Positions 26,916 through 39,189 are shown, numbered from the stretch's first letter. The stretch: DNA of 64,000 bases from Mobula hypostoma (GCF_963921235.1 NC_086101.1:6450001-6514000), one strand, 5' to 3'. Translations and numbers: made by a program. Notes: generated by a model from the sequence alone, not told the origin.

Positions 26916-27191
26916 ACGGTTGGACTATGGCGCCCAGCGCTCCTGGTCAAGCCTCCTGGCCTCTGCCACCTCATCTCAAGGCCGATCTCTGGCTATGGTC
27001 CTTTGCCCCAGCTACCTGTGCCCCCGCTGCGGCATACCCTGGAGCGCTACCTCCTGGCGCTGCAGCCGCTGGTGAGCCCCGAGGAGCTGGAGCAGACGAG
27101 GGAAATGGTGAGGGAGTTCAGTAAACCTCATGGTATTGGGCTGAAACTGCAAGACAGGCTGGAGAAACGCTCCAGGAGAACTGAGAACTGG
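26916..27191 (+). CDS. CRAT: CRAT-like exon 2 (TVGLWRP...LPQLPVPPLRHTLERY...RRTENW)
   Basis: Pyrimidine tract and ttgcag| acceptor, TGG|gtaagt donor, acyltransferase N-terminal LPxLPVPPL motif. Confidence 0.95.
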
Positions 27192-27733
27192 GTAAGTGCT
27201 GGCATTCACCCATCATGTAAGGACTCCCCAGAGCTAAAGGGAACCTCGAGGGGGAAGAGAGGGAGGCACGTTCAAGATTTCAGATTTCCGATTCGGGTTT
27301 ATCAAATGAACGTTGAAACGTATAGTAAAATGTGCCATTTTGAGTTGATGACCAACACAGCCGAAGATCTGCTGGGGGCAGCCTGCACGTGTCACTGCAC
27401 AGTCTGCTGCCAGCACAGCATGGTCACAATGTTCGGCAGAGCAATGATGAACACAAGCAAACCGAACGTACCAAGCAACCAATCAACAATATCTTTTTGT
27501 GCTCGCGGATCCTCAATTTCCTCACTTGTCAGTCAGTTCAGACTGACCACTGACTGACATCTCTTTCTACGATCTCCATCAGCACAGGTGCACCACAAGG
27601 CTGTGTGCTTAGTCCCCTCCCTGCTCGACTCGCTTTATACTGTGACGAAGCACAGCTCCAATGCCATGTTTAAACTTGCTGACAACACCACTACCGTTGA
27701 CCAAATGAAAGGTGGCACTGAATTAGCATAGAG

Positions 27734-28929
27734 CAGGGGTCCCCAACCTTTTCTGCACTGCGGACCAGTTTAATATTGACAATATTCTTGCGGACCGGCC
27801 GACCCGGGGCGGGGAGTGAGGTGCGGGGTAGGGTTGCCAACGGACAGGAGTAGCAGTCAAATGCATTGTGTTTACCCAGAGAAAGACTACAATGACCATG
27901 AAGCCTTGCGCGGGCACCAGTGCGCATGCGTGCACCTCCCGATTATTTTTCCTGCAAATCGTTTTGGCGATTCTGTTCAGGGACAGGGGGTGGGGGATGT
28001 TAATCACGACCGGAATATAGGTGATAAGTGGCTAATACACTCAGTTTAGTTTCTAAAAGGGTTTATCTAACCAATTTAATATTAAACACACAGCGCATAT
28101 TTTCCTCGCATGAATATAGTGGTAAGTCAATTATCAGGGGAGCTTGAAGTAAGTGTTGAACGAACTTCCAGTAGAACTGGCAGAGGCAGGTTCGATATTA
28201 TCATTTAAAGAAAAATTGGATAGGTATATGGACAGGAAAGAAATGGAGGGTTATGGGCTGAGTGCGGGTCGGTGGGACTAGGTGAGAGTAGTGTTCGGCA
28301 CGGACTAGAAGGGCCGAGATCGCCTGTTTCTGTGCTGTAATTGTTATATGGTTATATAAGTAAGTCAATAGCATCATAACATTTTAAGTAACGTTTGGAT
28401 ATTAAACACACAGCACATATTTTCCCCGTATGAACATATAAATTCATTGCAACACACCAATATCGCTGAATCAGTGGGAGCCCTGGGCTTGCAACAAGAC
28501 GGTCCCGCCGAGGGGTGATGGGAGACAGCGATACTTGAAGGGGTTCCTTATGTCCAGTCTAGTACACAATTTGGTTTTCATTGCAATCATTTCAGAAAAC
28601 TCCGCTTCGCAGAAATATGTTGGAAGCAACGTTTTTAGTGCTTTCGTGGCTATCTCAGGATATTTAGGCTTGACTTTGATCCAGAATGCCGGCAGAGATG
28701 TTATGTCAAACATTCTTTTCAGCCCGCCGTCATTTGCAAGCTCGAGGAGTTCATCTCCTTCCCGCGCTGACATTGATGATGCGTGGGTAATGACCTCGCA
28801 TGCGTTATGGCTCAACAGTGGCCGTGACAGGGAATGAGGAAAGGTGCAGCTGACTCATATCACCAAATCATACCGTTTCCTCATGGCCCGGTAGTGTATA
28901 CTTTGCGGCACGGTGGTTGGGGACCGCTG
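27734..28929 (-). mobile_element. Non-autonomous hAT element of the same family as 4958-5895, with a nested CR1 3' end (~28155-28355)
   Basis: TIRs CAGGGGTCCCCAACC...GGTTGGGGACCGCTG, perfect 8-bp TSD GCATAGAG, FWIKVKPKYPEIATKALKTLLP remnant. Splits a Rex1-like RT fragment. Confidence 0.93.
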
Positions 28930-29742
28930 GCATAGAGGAGGGAGATTGTAGCAAGAACAAGGAGCTGATTATGAACTTCAGGAGGAGGAAACTAGAGGTC
29001 CATGAATCAGGGAATGAGAGGTGGAGAGGGTCAGCTACTTGAAATTTCTGGACGTTATCATTTCAGAGAATCTGCCCTGGGTCCACGTAAGTGCCATTAC
29101 GAAGGAAGCACGGCAAAGCCTCTACTTTCGCAGAAGTTTGCGAAGATTCGACGTCACCTAAAGCTTTGTCAAACTTCTGTAGAAGAGTGGTGGAGAGTAT
29201 ATTGACTGGTTGCATCTTGGCCTGGCATGGAAAACCCAAAGCCCTTGAACAGAAAAGCCTATGAAAAGAAGTGGGTACAGCCCAGTCTATCATAGGTGAA
29301 GCCTCCCCACCGCTGAGCATGTCTACATGGAGTGCTGTCGCAGGAAAGCAGCAGCCATATGATGACCCCCCTTCCCATCCAGTCATGCTCTCTGCTCACT
29401 GATGCTACTGGCGCCTCAGGATTCGCACAACAGGTTCAAGAACAGTTATTACACTTCAGCCATCAGGCTGTCGCCCATGATGGAGTTGGCCAAGTTTAGA
29501 ACTTTCTACAGATTTTTTTCCAATCCTGTGCAATGGCCCCTCCATACGACATGGTGATGCAGCCAGTTAGAATGCTCTGCACGGTAGATCTGTAGAAATT
29601 TGCTGGAGTCTTTGGTGACGTACCAATTCTCCACTAACTCCTAGTGAAATATAACCGCAGGCGTACCCTTTTCATAATTACATCAATATTTACATCCTCA
29701 ATCCAACACCACCCTCCCTCAAACTATTTACTTCTCTTTCAG

Positions 29743-29861
29743 CTGACTGACTGGTGGCTCCAGAGTGCTTACCTGACATGTCGCCTTCCCCTGGCCGTTC
29801 ACTCGAACCCCGCCGTGGTTCTCCCCAAACAGGACTACAGCGACTGGACAGGACAGCTCAG
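29743..29861 (+). CDS. CRAT: CRAT-like exon 3 (LTDWWLQSAYL...WTGQLR)
   Basis: ctttcag| acceptor, AG|gtagga donor, 119 nt, homologous to LSEWWLKTAYL...QGQLR. Confidence 0.95.
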
Positions 29862-32070
29862 GTAGGATGGTCACGGGCCAATCACTTCTCTCGCATATGG
29901 AAATAAACTTTGTGGATAAAGAGAAGTTGCGTGCAAGAATAAACCGTGCACTGCCATTCCCTTTGTGCATTCCCCGACAATGTGATGAGTAGCATGCTGT
30001 TGCATTCCTTAAATCAAGTCGAATCAAATCATTCAAGCCACACATGGATACGGCTGAATGGGACAGCGTTCCCCTGGGGCGAAGGTGCAAAAACAGACAC
30101 GCACATTCAAAATAATGAGAGAGAGAGAGAGAGAAAAAAAACATAGTCATGCAAGGAAAAGCATTTTTAGTCTAAGACCCTAAGTGACAAGTCCTGCAAG
30201 TTGATGGTTCAGTTCCCAGTGGTCCAGCCAGTAATTCCTCCGATCCAACACTGACGGGGGAGGCCGCCCCCAACTGAGCACAGACGCCATGCTACACCGC
30301 CGCTAGCGACCGCTCACCTGGACTGCAGCAGCAGGCGAGCCTGCGGCTTGTGGCCTGGTCCTTGCCGCAACAGGGGTGACGCCGCTGCCTCGCCACCGAA
30401 CAATGGTAACAGGCCTCTGGCAACGGGGGCTTGTAATTACAGAAGAAACGTCCGAGAGAGTCAGGCACGGCTTCACTGCTTGCAGCCTTCCGGAGCCTCT
30501 GAGTGGCAGGCAGGAGCACGGTCTGCACCCAGTTCAGCTCCTCTGAACCCAGTCTGGCTCCTCCCTCCCACGGTCCAGCGGCCCAGCTGCCCAGCTCTGC
30601 TCCCGCGGCCTGAATCTCCTTCCGCAGCCCGATAGCCGGCCTCCTCTTCTCTGCACCGCCGGCTGGCTCCTACGACACCCCGGCCAGCCACTCCGAACAA
30701 TGAGCAGCTCACTGATACGGTAGACCTGCAGTTGTCACAGTTATTGGAGTCCAGTGTTGTCTTGTGATTTAAAAACACACACACACACGCACGCACGCAC
30801 GCACGCACGCACGCACACACACACGCAGTTAACAAAGAAAAACTTTTGGCTGGCTTCTTTGTACGCACTGCCATCTTACTGGAAGTAAGAGGGAAAGCAA
30901 CAGGCTTGTTGTCTCTCATGACCAAGAGACTTAGGAGCAAAATCGGGCCATTTGGCCCATCTAGTCTGTTCCCCCATTCAGTTATGGTTGACTTATTTTC
31001 CTGCTCAACCTCATTCTCCTGCCTCTTCTCCATAACCTTTGATGTCTTTCCTAATCGAGAATCTATCAACCTCTGCTTTAAATATATCCAATATACCCTC
31101 AGCCATCTGTAACAATGAATTCATATATTCACCACTGTCTGCCTCAAGAATTTCCTCCTCATCTCTGTTTTAAGAGGACATCCTATTCTGAGACTCCCCC
31201 ACTATAGGAAACATTCCCTCCACATCCACTCTATCTAGGACTTTTCACTATTCGATAGGTTTCAGTGAGATCTTCTTGGGACGGTCCAGTCCTACAGTTC
31301 ACTCCTCAACCAGGCCCCTCCGTCTCCGGTAGCTGAAGAACCTACACTCTGGTTCTTCCCCACAGAGCCCTTGCAGTATCTGCACTGAGATTCAGTGTGT
31401 TCCTCGGCATGCCCTCTTGCAGCCTGGGATGTGCCCGTTGGCAGCAACCCTCTGTCCAACCCACGTCTCGGCGTGCGGGCAGACCAACGAGCTTCGGTTG
31501 TCCTTCACCAAGTCGCTGATCTGCCAGCGCCGTTTTTCTGTGCACTCTTTGACACTCCCGTGGACCTGTATCATCCTTTTGCCCAGAAGTATTGTTTTTG
31601 CAGTCTTTCTTTTTCTTCTCTCTTTGTTGTCCTGAATAATTTATACATAAAATGTATATAATTTATATTTATTGAGATGCAGCACAGAAAAGGCCCTTCT
31701 GGCCCTTTGAGCCATGCTGGCCAGCAATCCCATGATTTAATCCTAGCCTAATCATGGGACAGTGACCAATTAATTGTGGACTGTGGGAGGAAACAGGAAA
31801 CTCGGAGGAAATCCACATGCTCATGTGGATTTTTAGTATAAACTCCTTACAGGCAGTGGTGGGAATTGAACCTGGGTCGCCGGCTCTGTAAAGCGCTGTG
31901 CTGACCACTACGCTACCGTGCCGCCAGCATGTGCTGTCTGCACTGTAGTGCCTGTGATCCTGCTGCAAACGTGCTTCTCTTCCCTGTACCTGAACCTTGC
32001 TGCTTGTTCACGTGACGACAAACTCAACGCAACTTTACTCGATCCTTATTGCCTTTTCCTTGTCCATCAG

Positions 32071-32124
32071 GTTTGCGGCCATGCTCATCGCTGGAGTGTT
32101 GGACTTCAAGTCTAAATTTGACAG
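32071..32124 (+). CDS. CRAT: CRAT-like exon 4 (FAAMLIAGVLDFKSKFD), probable GC donor
   Basis: ccatcag| acceptor, 54 nt ending CAG|gcaagt, homologous to FAAKLIEGVLDFKVMID. Confidence 0.9.
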
Positions 32125-33849
32125 GCAAGTACTTTTCTGGTCGACGTATGGGTTTTGTCAGAGTTCAATATCAGTATGGTGTGCTCCACGGGAAACCTGG
32201 CATACAAATTGGTAGACCCCACCATTCTGAGTACAGAGCTACATCATACTCAGTGTCCACTTCTTCAGGTACACCTGTTTGTTAATGCAAGTATCTAATC
32301 AGCCAGTCACAAGGCTCCAGCTCAGTACTTGAGAAGCTTGCAGACATGATCAAGAGGTTCAGTTGCTGTTCAGGCCAAACATCAGAATGGGTAAGAAATG
32401 TGATGTAAGTGACTTTGGCCGTGCCAGACAGGGTCGCGGAGTATCTCCGAAACTGCTGATCTCCCGGGCTTTTCGTGCACAGCAAGCTCCAGGCTTCACA
32501 GAGAATGGTGCAAAAAAAATACAATGAGTGGCAGTTTTGTGGGTGAAAATGCCTTGTTAATGACAGAGATCAGAGGAAAATGGCCAGAGTGTTTCAAGCT
32601 GTTAAAAAGGGGTAAGGAAACTCAAATAACCACACATTATAACAGTGGTGTGCAGAAGAGCATCTCTGAATGCACAACATGTTGAACCTTTAAGTCGATG
32701 GGCTACGCCAGGGGACGGTCGGGAACATACACTCAATGGCCACTCTATTTGCTACAGGAGGAACCTAATAGAGTGTCTACTGAGTTTATTTCAATGTCAC
32801 TTAAAGGGCTTTGCCTGGTGATGCACTTGACTGTACCTACCACTTTTTGTAGCCTTTTCTGTATCTGGGCATTGGTGTTTCCATGCCAGGCGATGATGCA
32901 GCCAGTCAGGAAACTCTCCACTGAGTATCTACAGAAGTTTCTCATCAAACCTGCGTGCAATACATCTAATTGATATAGTTTATTGGCAAATGCATTTCTC
33001 TCATCAAGGACCCCCACAGCCCAGGCCATGCCCTCTTGTCACTACTGCCATTGGGAAGAAGTGAGCCTTCTGTCTTACACCATCGGGTTCAGGAACTGTT
33101 ACTACCCCTCAACCATCAGGCTTTTGAACCAGAGGGGATAACTTCACTCGCCCCGTCAACCTATGGATTTACTTTCAAGGATTCTTCGTCATGTTCTGCA
33201 TATTTATTGCTTATTTATTATAATTATTTTTTTCTTTCTGTATTTATATTTTCCACATTAATTGCTTGTTTCATTGTGTGTGGTCCTTCATTGATTCAAC
33301 TGGGTTTCTTGGATCTACTGTGATTGTCCACAAGAAAACTAATCTCGGGGGTTTTATATGATGGCATATATGTACTTAGATAATAAATTTACTTTGAACG
33401 TTGAACTCATTCAGCATGTCCAGAGAGGAGTCGAGCAAAGGGTTTGTTTGTATTCCCAGAGTGTTTGGAAATTGTTGCGTGGAAAAAAATAGCACAACCT
33501 CTCATCACATTTAGTATGAGAATCAGGTTTATTATCAGTGACAGACACTACGTCATGAAATTTGTTGTTTTGTGGCAGCAGTACAATGCAATCCATATAT
33601 TATGGACTACAATAAAAAATATACAGATATTAAATCAGTGCAACAAAAAAGAGCAAAGATAATGAGGTAAAGTTCATGGACTGTTCAGAAGTCTGGTGGT
33701 GAAGAGGAGGAAGCTGTTCCTAAAATGTTGGATGTGGGTCTGTTTAACATTTGAACAGTGCCTGGATGAGTATTAGAAAGACTGGTTCTGCTGGACTGTG
33801 AATTGAGAGCTGAAGTTGCTCCAGATCACTGCTGCTCTTTATCAGCCAA

Positions 33850-35410
33850 CAGGAGACAGCTCTCCCACCAGAAAGAGGGACAGGTGCTACACCTGCACTG
33901 ACACCTCCTTGCTCTTCCAGGTGAGGCAACATTTCACCTGCGAGGCTGCCGGCTCAATGACTATATCTGGAGCCCTCGGTGTCCACATCGGTGAGACCCA
34001 GTGTAGATTGGGTGAACCGTTTCATTGAGCACCTTTGCTCTGTTTGCCGCAAAGGACGGAACTTCCTGGTGGCCGACCGTTGCAATTTGACGTCCCATTC
34101 CTATTCCACATGTCGGTCCATAGTCATAGTCATAGTCATACTTTATTAATCCTGGGGGAAATTGGTTTTCATTACAGTTGCACCATAAATAATAAATAGT
34201 CATAGAACCATAAATAGTTAAATAGTAATATGTAAATTATGCCAGTAAATTACGAAATAAGTCCAGGACCAGCCTATTGGCTCAGGGTGTCTGACCCTCC
34301 AAGGGAGGAGTTGTAAAGTTTGATGGCCACAGGCAGGAATGACTTCCTATGACGCTCTGTGTTGCATCTCGGTGGAATGAGTCTCTGGCTGAATGTACTC
34401 CTGTGCCCACCCAGTACATTATGTAGTGGATGGGAGACATTGTCCAAGATGGCATGCAACTTGGACAGCATCCTCTTTTCAGACACCGCTGTCAGAGAGT
34501 CCAGTTCCATCCCCACAACATCACTGGCCTTACGAATGAGTTTGTTGATTCTGTTGGTGTCTCCCACCCTCAGCCTGCTGCCCCAGCACACAACAGCAAA
34601 CATGATAGCACCGGCCACCACAGACTCGTAGAACATCCTCAGCATCGTCCGGCAGATGTTAAAGGACCTCAGTCTCCTCAAGAAATAGGGACGGCTCTGA
34701 CCCTTCTTGTAGACAGCTTCAGTGTTCTTTGATCAGTCCAGTTTATTGTCCATTTGTATCCCCAGTTATTAGTAATCCTCCACCATGTCCACACGCCCCC
34801 TGGATGGAAACAGGGGTCACCGGTACCTTAGCTCTCCTCAGGTCTACCACCAGCTCCTTAGTCTTTTTCACATTAAACTGCAGATAATTCTGCTCACACC
34901 ATGGCTTCCTCTATGGCCACGATGAGGAGACACTCAGGTTGGAGGAACAGTACTTCTAGGTAAACTTCAACCTGACAGTATGAACACTGATTTCACTAAC
35001 TTCCTGTAATTTCTCTCCCTCCCCGTTTTCTCATTTTCCATTCACCATTCTGGCTCCCCTGTTAGCCCTTCTCCTCTCACCCTCTTAATTCCCCTCCTCT
35101 TTCCCTTTCTCCCTGGTCCACTGTCCTCTCCTATCAGATTCCTTCTTCAGCCCTTTAGCTCTACTACCTATGAGCTCCCAGCTTCTTACCTTATCCCCTC
35201 TTCCCACACCCGTCCACCCTCCCCCTCACCCGGTCTCACCGATCACCTACCAGTTTATACTCCTGCCCCTCCCCACACCTTCTCTTTCTGGCTTCTTCTC
35301 CCTTCTTTTACAGTCCTGCTGAAGGGTCTTGGCCCGAAATGTGTTCTGCTTGTTCCCCTCCATGGATGCTGCTTGACCTGCTGAGTTTCTCCGACATCTT
35401 GTGTTTGTTG
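33850..35410 (+). mobile_element. Penelope-like element 3' fragment (GIY-YIG region and pLTR), interrupted by a Rex1 copy
   Basis: RCYTC...FQVRQHFTCE...HIGETQCRLG remnant; sequence resumes after 34903; ends in a pLTR with a degenerate hammerhead at 35312. Confidence 0.72.
34119..34903 (-). mobile_element. Rex1-type LINE copy, near-identical to 1361-2576
   Basis: ORF 34274-34681 nearly identical to the C-terminus of ORF 1433-2422; (GTCATA)n tail. Confidence 0.92.
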
Positions 35411-35559
35411 CTCAGTTAGAAAGTTACTTTTCAAAATTCTCCCACCACCCTTTTGGATGGTGTGTCCCAGATCTGAAGAAACTTGTGTGGAAGAAAAACC
35501 TCCTCAGCGTCTCTCCTCGCTGCTTCTGCCATGAGCATTTAAGTCCTTTTCCACTGGGG

Positions 35560-36150
35560 TGGTTGTAGCTCTACAGATATACAGGACCTTGGTCAGACCT
35601 CACTTGGAATACTGTCTTCAGTTCTGGTCACCTCAGTCCAGGAAGGATGTGGATACTATTGAGAGAGTACAGAAGAGATTTACTAGGATGTTGCCTGGAT
35701 TGGAAAGCGAGCCTTCTGAGAATAGATTGAGTGAACTTGGCCTTTTCTCCTTGGAGCGACGGAGGATGAGAGGTGACCTGATAGAGGTGTATAAGATGAT
35801 GAGAGGCATTGATCATGTGGATTGCCAGAGGCTTTTTCCCAGGGCTGAAATGGCGAATATGAGAGGGCACAGTTTTAAGGTGCTTGGAAATAGGTACCGG
35901 GGGTATGTCAGGGGTAAGTTTCTCACACACAGAGAGTGGTGGGTGCGTGGAATGGGCTGCCAGCAATGGTGGTGGAGGCGGATACAATAGGGTCTTTTAA
36001 GAGCCTCTTAGATGGGTACATGGAGCTTAGAAAAATAGAGGGCTATGCGGTAGGGAAATTCTAGACAGTTTCTAGAGTAGGTTACATGGTCGGCACAACG
36101 TTGTGGGCTGAAGGGCCTGTAACGTGCTGTGGATTTTATGTTCTATGTTC
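35560..36150 (+). mobile_element. CR1-type LINE 3' fragment
   Basis: LVRPHLEYCLQFWSP...RRMRGDLIEVYKMMRG; TTCTATG tail. Confidence 0.88.
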
Positions 36151-36548
36151 ACAGATTACTCCAGACACTAACTTATACATGGGAAACCTCTCCTGCCTCT
36201 CATAGTCTCACGTTAACTCCTTCACGTCAGAATGACTTTGTTGCATCCCGAGGTTGGGTTTGTTTTTAAGCTTGGGCTGGTGTAGCGTAAACACTTTACA
36301 GCGCCAGTGACTGGGTTCACTCCCGTTGCTGTCCGTAAGGAGTTTGCACGTTTTCCCCTGCCCTCGCGGTTTCTCCTGAATGCACCGGTTTCCTCCCGCG
36401 CTCCAAAGCCGTACGGGTTAGTGGGGTGTACTTGGACGGTGCGGGTTTGTCGAGCCGGAAGGGCCGGTTACTGTGCTGTATCTCTAATAAAAAGTAAATT
36501 AAATATTGCAAGATGCTGACATTTCATTCTTCATTCTGTTTTCTTTAG

Positions 36549-36714
36549 CCAGTTACTTCCAATGGAGTATAGTCGAGGCAAACCCCTCTGCATGGATCTG
36601 TATGGCAAAATCCTGTCCTCCTGCCGCATCCCTGGGCCCAAACGTGACTCTTTGATAAACTACGGCTATAGCCGGTCTCCACCAACACACATCACCGTTG
36701 TCCGGAACTTCCAG
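36549..36714 (+). CDS. CRAT: CRAT-like exon 5 (QLLPMEYSRGKPLCM...HITVVRNFQ)
   Basis: ttctttag| acceptor, CAG|gtaaag donor, 166 nt. Confidence 0.93.
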
Positions 36715-36757
36715 GTAAAGTTGAAGTTATTGACTATGGTTGAAGCTATTGAAGTTA

Positions 36758-38426
36758 TAGTTGAAGTCAGAAGTTTACATACACCTTATCCAAATACATT
36801 TAAACTCAGTTTTTCACAATTCCTGACATTTAATCCTAGAAAACATGCCCTGTTTTAGGTCAGTGAGGATCACTACTTTATTTTAAGAATGTGACATGTC
36901 AGAATAATAGTAGAGAGAATAATTTATTTCAGCTTTTATTTCTTTCATCACTTTCCCAGTGGGTCAGAAGTTTACATACACTTTGAGTATTTGGTAGCAT
37001 TCCCTTTAAATTGCTTAACTTGGGTCAAACGTTTTGGGTAGTCTTCCACAAGCTTCTCACAGTAAGTTGCTGGAATTTTGTTCCATTCCTCCAGACAGAA
37101 CTGGTGTAACTGAGTCAGGTTTGTTGGCCTCCTTGCTCGCACACACTTGTTCAGTTCTGCCCACAAACTTTCTATCGGATTGAGGTCAGAAAATGATGTC
37201 AAGTCTGGTTCATCCTTGGGAGCAATTTCCAAATGCCTGAAGATATGATGTTCATCTGTACAATCAATAGTAGGCAAGTATAAACACCATGGGATCACGC
37301 AGCCGTCATACCACTCAGGAAGGAGACGCATTCTGTCTCCTAGAGATGAACGTACTTTGGCGTGAAAAGTGCAAATCAATCCCAGAACAACAGCAAAGGA
37401 CCTTGTGAAGATGCTGGAGGAAACAGGTAGACAAGTATCCATATCCACAGTCAAACGAGTCCTATATCGACATAACCTGAAAGGCTGCTCAGCAAGGAAG
37501 AAGGCTGCTTCAAAACCACCATAAAAAAGCCAGACTACAGTTTGCAAGTGCACATGGGGACAAAGATCTTACTTCTTGGAGAAATGTCCTCTGGTCTGAT
37601 GAAACAAAAATTGAACTGTTTGGCCATAAAGACCATCGTTATGTTTGGAGGAAAAAGGGTGAGGCTTGCAAGCCGAAGAACACCATCCCAACCGTGGAGC
37701 ATGGGGGTGGCAGCATCATGTTGTGGGGGTGCTTTGCTGCAGGAGGGACTGGTGCATTTTACAAAATAGATGGCATCATGAGGAAGGAAAATTGTGTGGA
37801 TATATTGAAGCAACATCTCAAGACATCAGCCAGGAAGTTTTTTTTTATTTTTAAAATTTTTTTGGCATGTGCCTGCGTGCATGCGCGTCTGTGTGTCTGT
37901 GTCTGCATGTGCACGTGCGCGTTTGTGTGTGTGTATCTGCATGTGTGTGCGTGCGTCCATGATTATGTCTTTTTCATGGATTTTTACAAGGCACGGAGCG
38001 AGAGAGAGAGTGACTGTGTGGCACACCACTCCTTACACAACATTTTCGCAGTATTTTCCCTTTATTTTACGAGGTCGAGTTGCGATCTCGACACTCAACC
38101 CGGCACGGATGGAAGGCGTACTCGGGAGCGGACTGACTGGTTTCGAACCCGGGAACCTCCGCTCCCGGGTCCAGCACTGATGTCATTGTGCCTCCAGCCG
38201 GCCCAATCAGCCAGGAAGTTAAAGCTCGGTCACAAATGGGTCTTCAAAATGGTCAACGACCCCAAGCATACCTCCAAAGTTGTGGCAAAATTGCTAAAGG
38301 ACAACAAAGTCGAGGTATTGGAGTGGCCATCACAAAGCCCTGGATTTGGATTAAACGTCAGGAATTGTGAAAAACTGAGTTTAAATGTATTTGGCTAAGG
38401 TGTTTGTAAACTTCTGACTTCAACTG
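36758..38426. mobile_element. Sleeping Beauty-like Tc1 transposon (IR/DR type), defective and internally inverted
   Basis: Ends TA|TAGTTGAAGTCAGAAGTTTACATACAC and AAACTTCTGACTTCAACTG|TA; inner DR at ~36956-36983; transposase blocks [41 protein letters not shown] and KQFKGNATKY. Confidence 0.94.
37840..38205 (-). mobile_element. tRNA-derived SINE with A-rich tail, nested in the Tc1 element
   Basis: 15-bp TSD ATCAGCCAGGAAGTT (37825-37839 and 38206-38220); B box GGTTCGAAACC on the minus strand; T-run at 37838-37863. Confidence 0.85.
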
Positions 38427-39189
38427 TAATTATGTGCCATTATTTATTTCATATAGTTTTGTTTGGAGACAGAGTGTGGAACATACCCTTCTGGCCAATG
38501 AGCTGCGCCTCCCTGCAGACCCCGGGTTTAACCCTAGCCTAATCATGGGGCAACTTACAATGACCAACAAAGTTACTAACCAGAGTGCCTTTGGACTGTG
38601 GGAGGAAACCGGAGCACCCAGAGGAAACCCGCACAATTCACGGGGAGAACGTACAGACTCCTTTCCGACTCCGCTGGAGCTGAAATCTGAACTCCGACAC
38701 CCCGAGCTGTGACAGTGTCACGCTAACCGCTACGCCACCGTGGTAACGGTTCTGTCCGCAGCCTTGCTGAAGTTTAGTTTGTGAACCTCGTGCTGGATAC
38801 CTGACCGTCGATCAGCAGGGTACAGCAGCATGGTAGGGTATCGGTTAGTACAGCGGCATTGCAATGCCGGCTGTAACATGAGGGTTCGATTCCGGCCGCT
38901 GTCTGAAGGAGATTGTGCATTCTCCTCGTCAATGTCTGGGTTTCCCCTGGGTGCACCAGTTTCTTCCTGTTATTCCAAAAACGTACGGGTTAGGCTTCGT
39001 GAGTTGTGGGCATGTTATGTTGGCATATAAACATGGCGATACTTGCAGGCTTCCCCCTGTACAATCCTTGCTGATTTGATTTGACACAAATGACTCATTT
39101 CGACTGTATACATGTGACAAATAAATCTAATGTTATAAAAAAACAAGTTAGTTGGCATTTAACTGAGAGTGGGCAGTGCAATATATTTC

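Noticed and set aside
26910..27557. 215-aa single-exon ORF
   Set aside because: Only 26916-27191 is CRAT exon 2; the rest is read-through into intronic repeats.
30292..31069. GC-rich ORFs in intron 3
   Set aside because: Low complexity, overlapping microsatellite and CR1 tail sequence, with no recognisable domain; probably retroelement UTR.
38100..38205. tRNA gene (also the heads of the V-SINEs)
   Set aside because: Box A/B-like motifs continue into SINE bodies with tails or TSDs, and no full cloverleaf was seen.
37694..38398. 234-aa ORF as an active transposase
   Set aside because: Partial transposase reading through a SINE insertion; the upstream part has stops and a frameshift, and the C-terminus is inverted.
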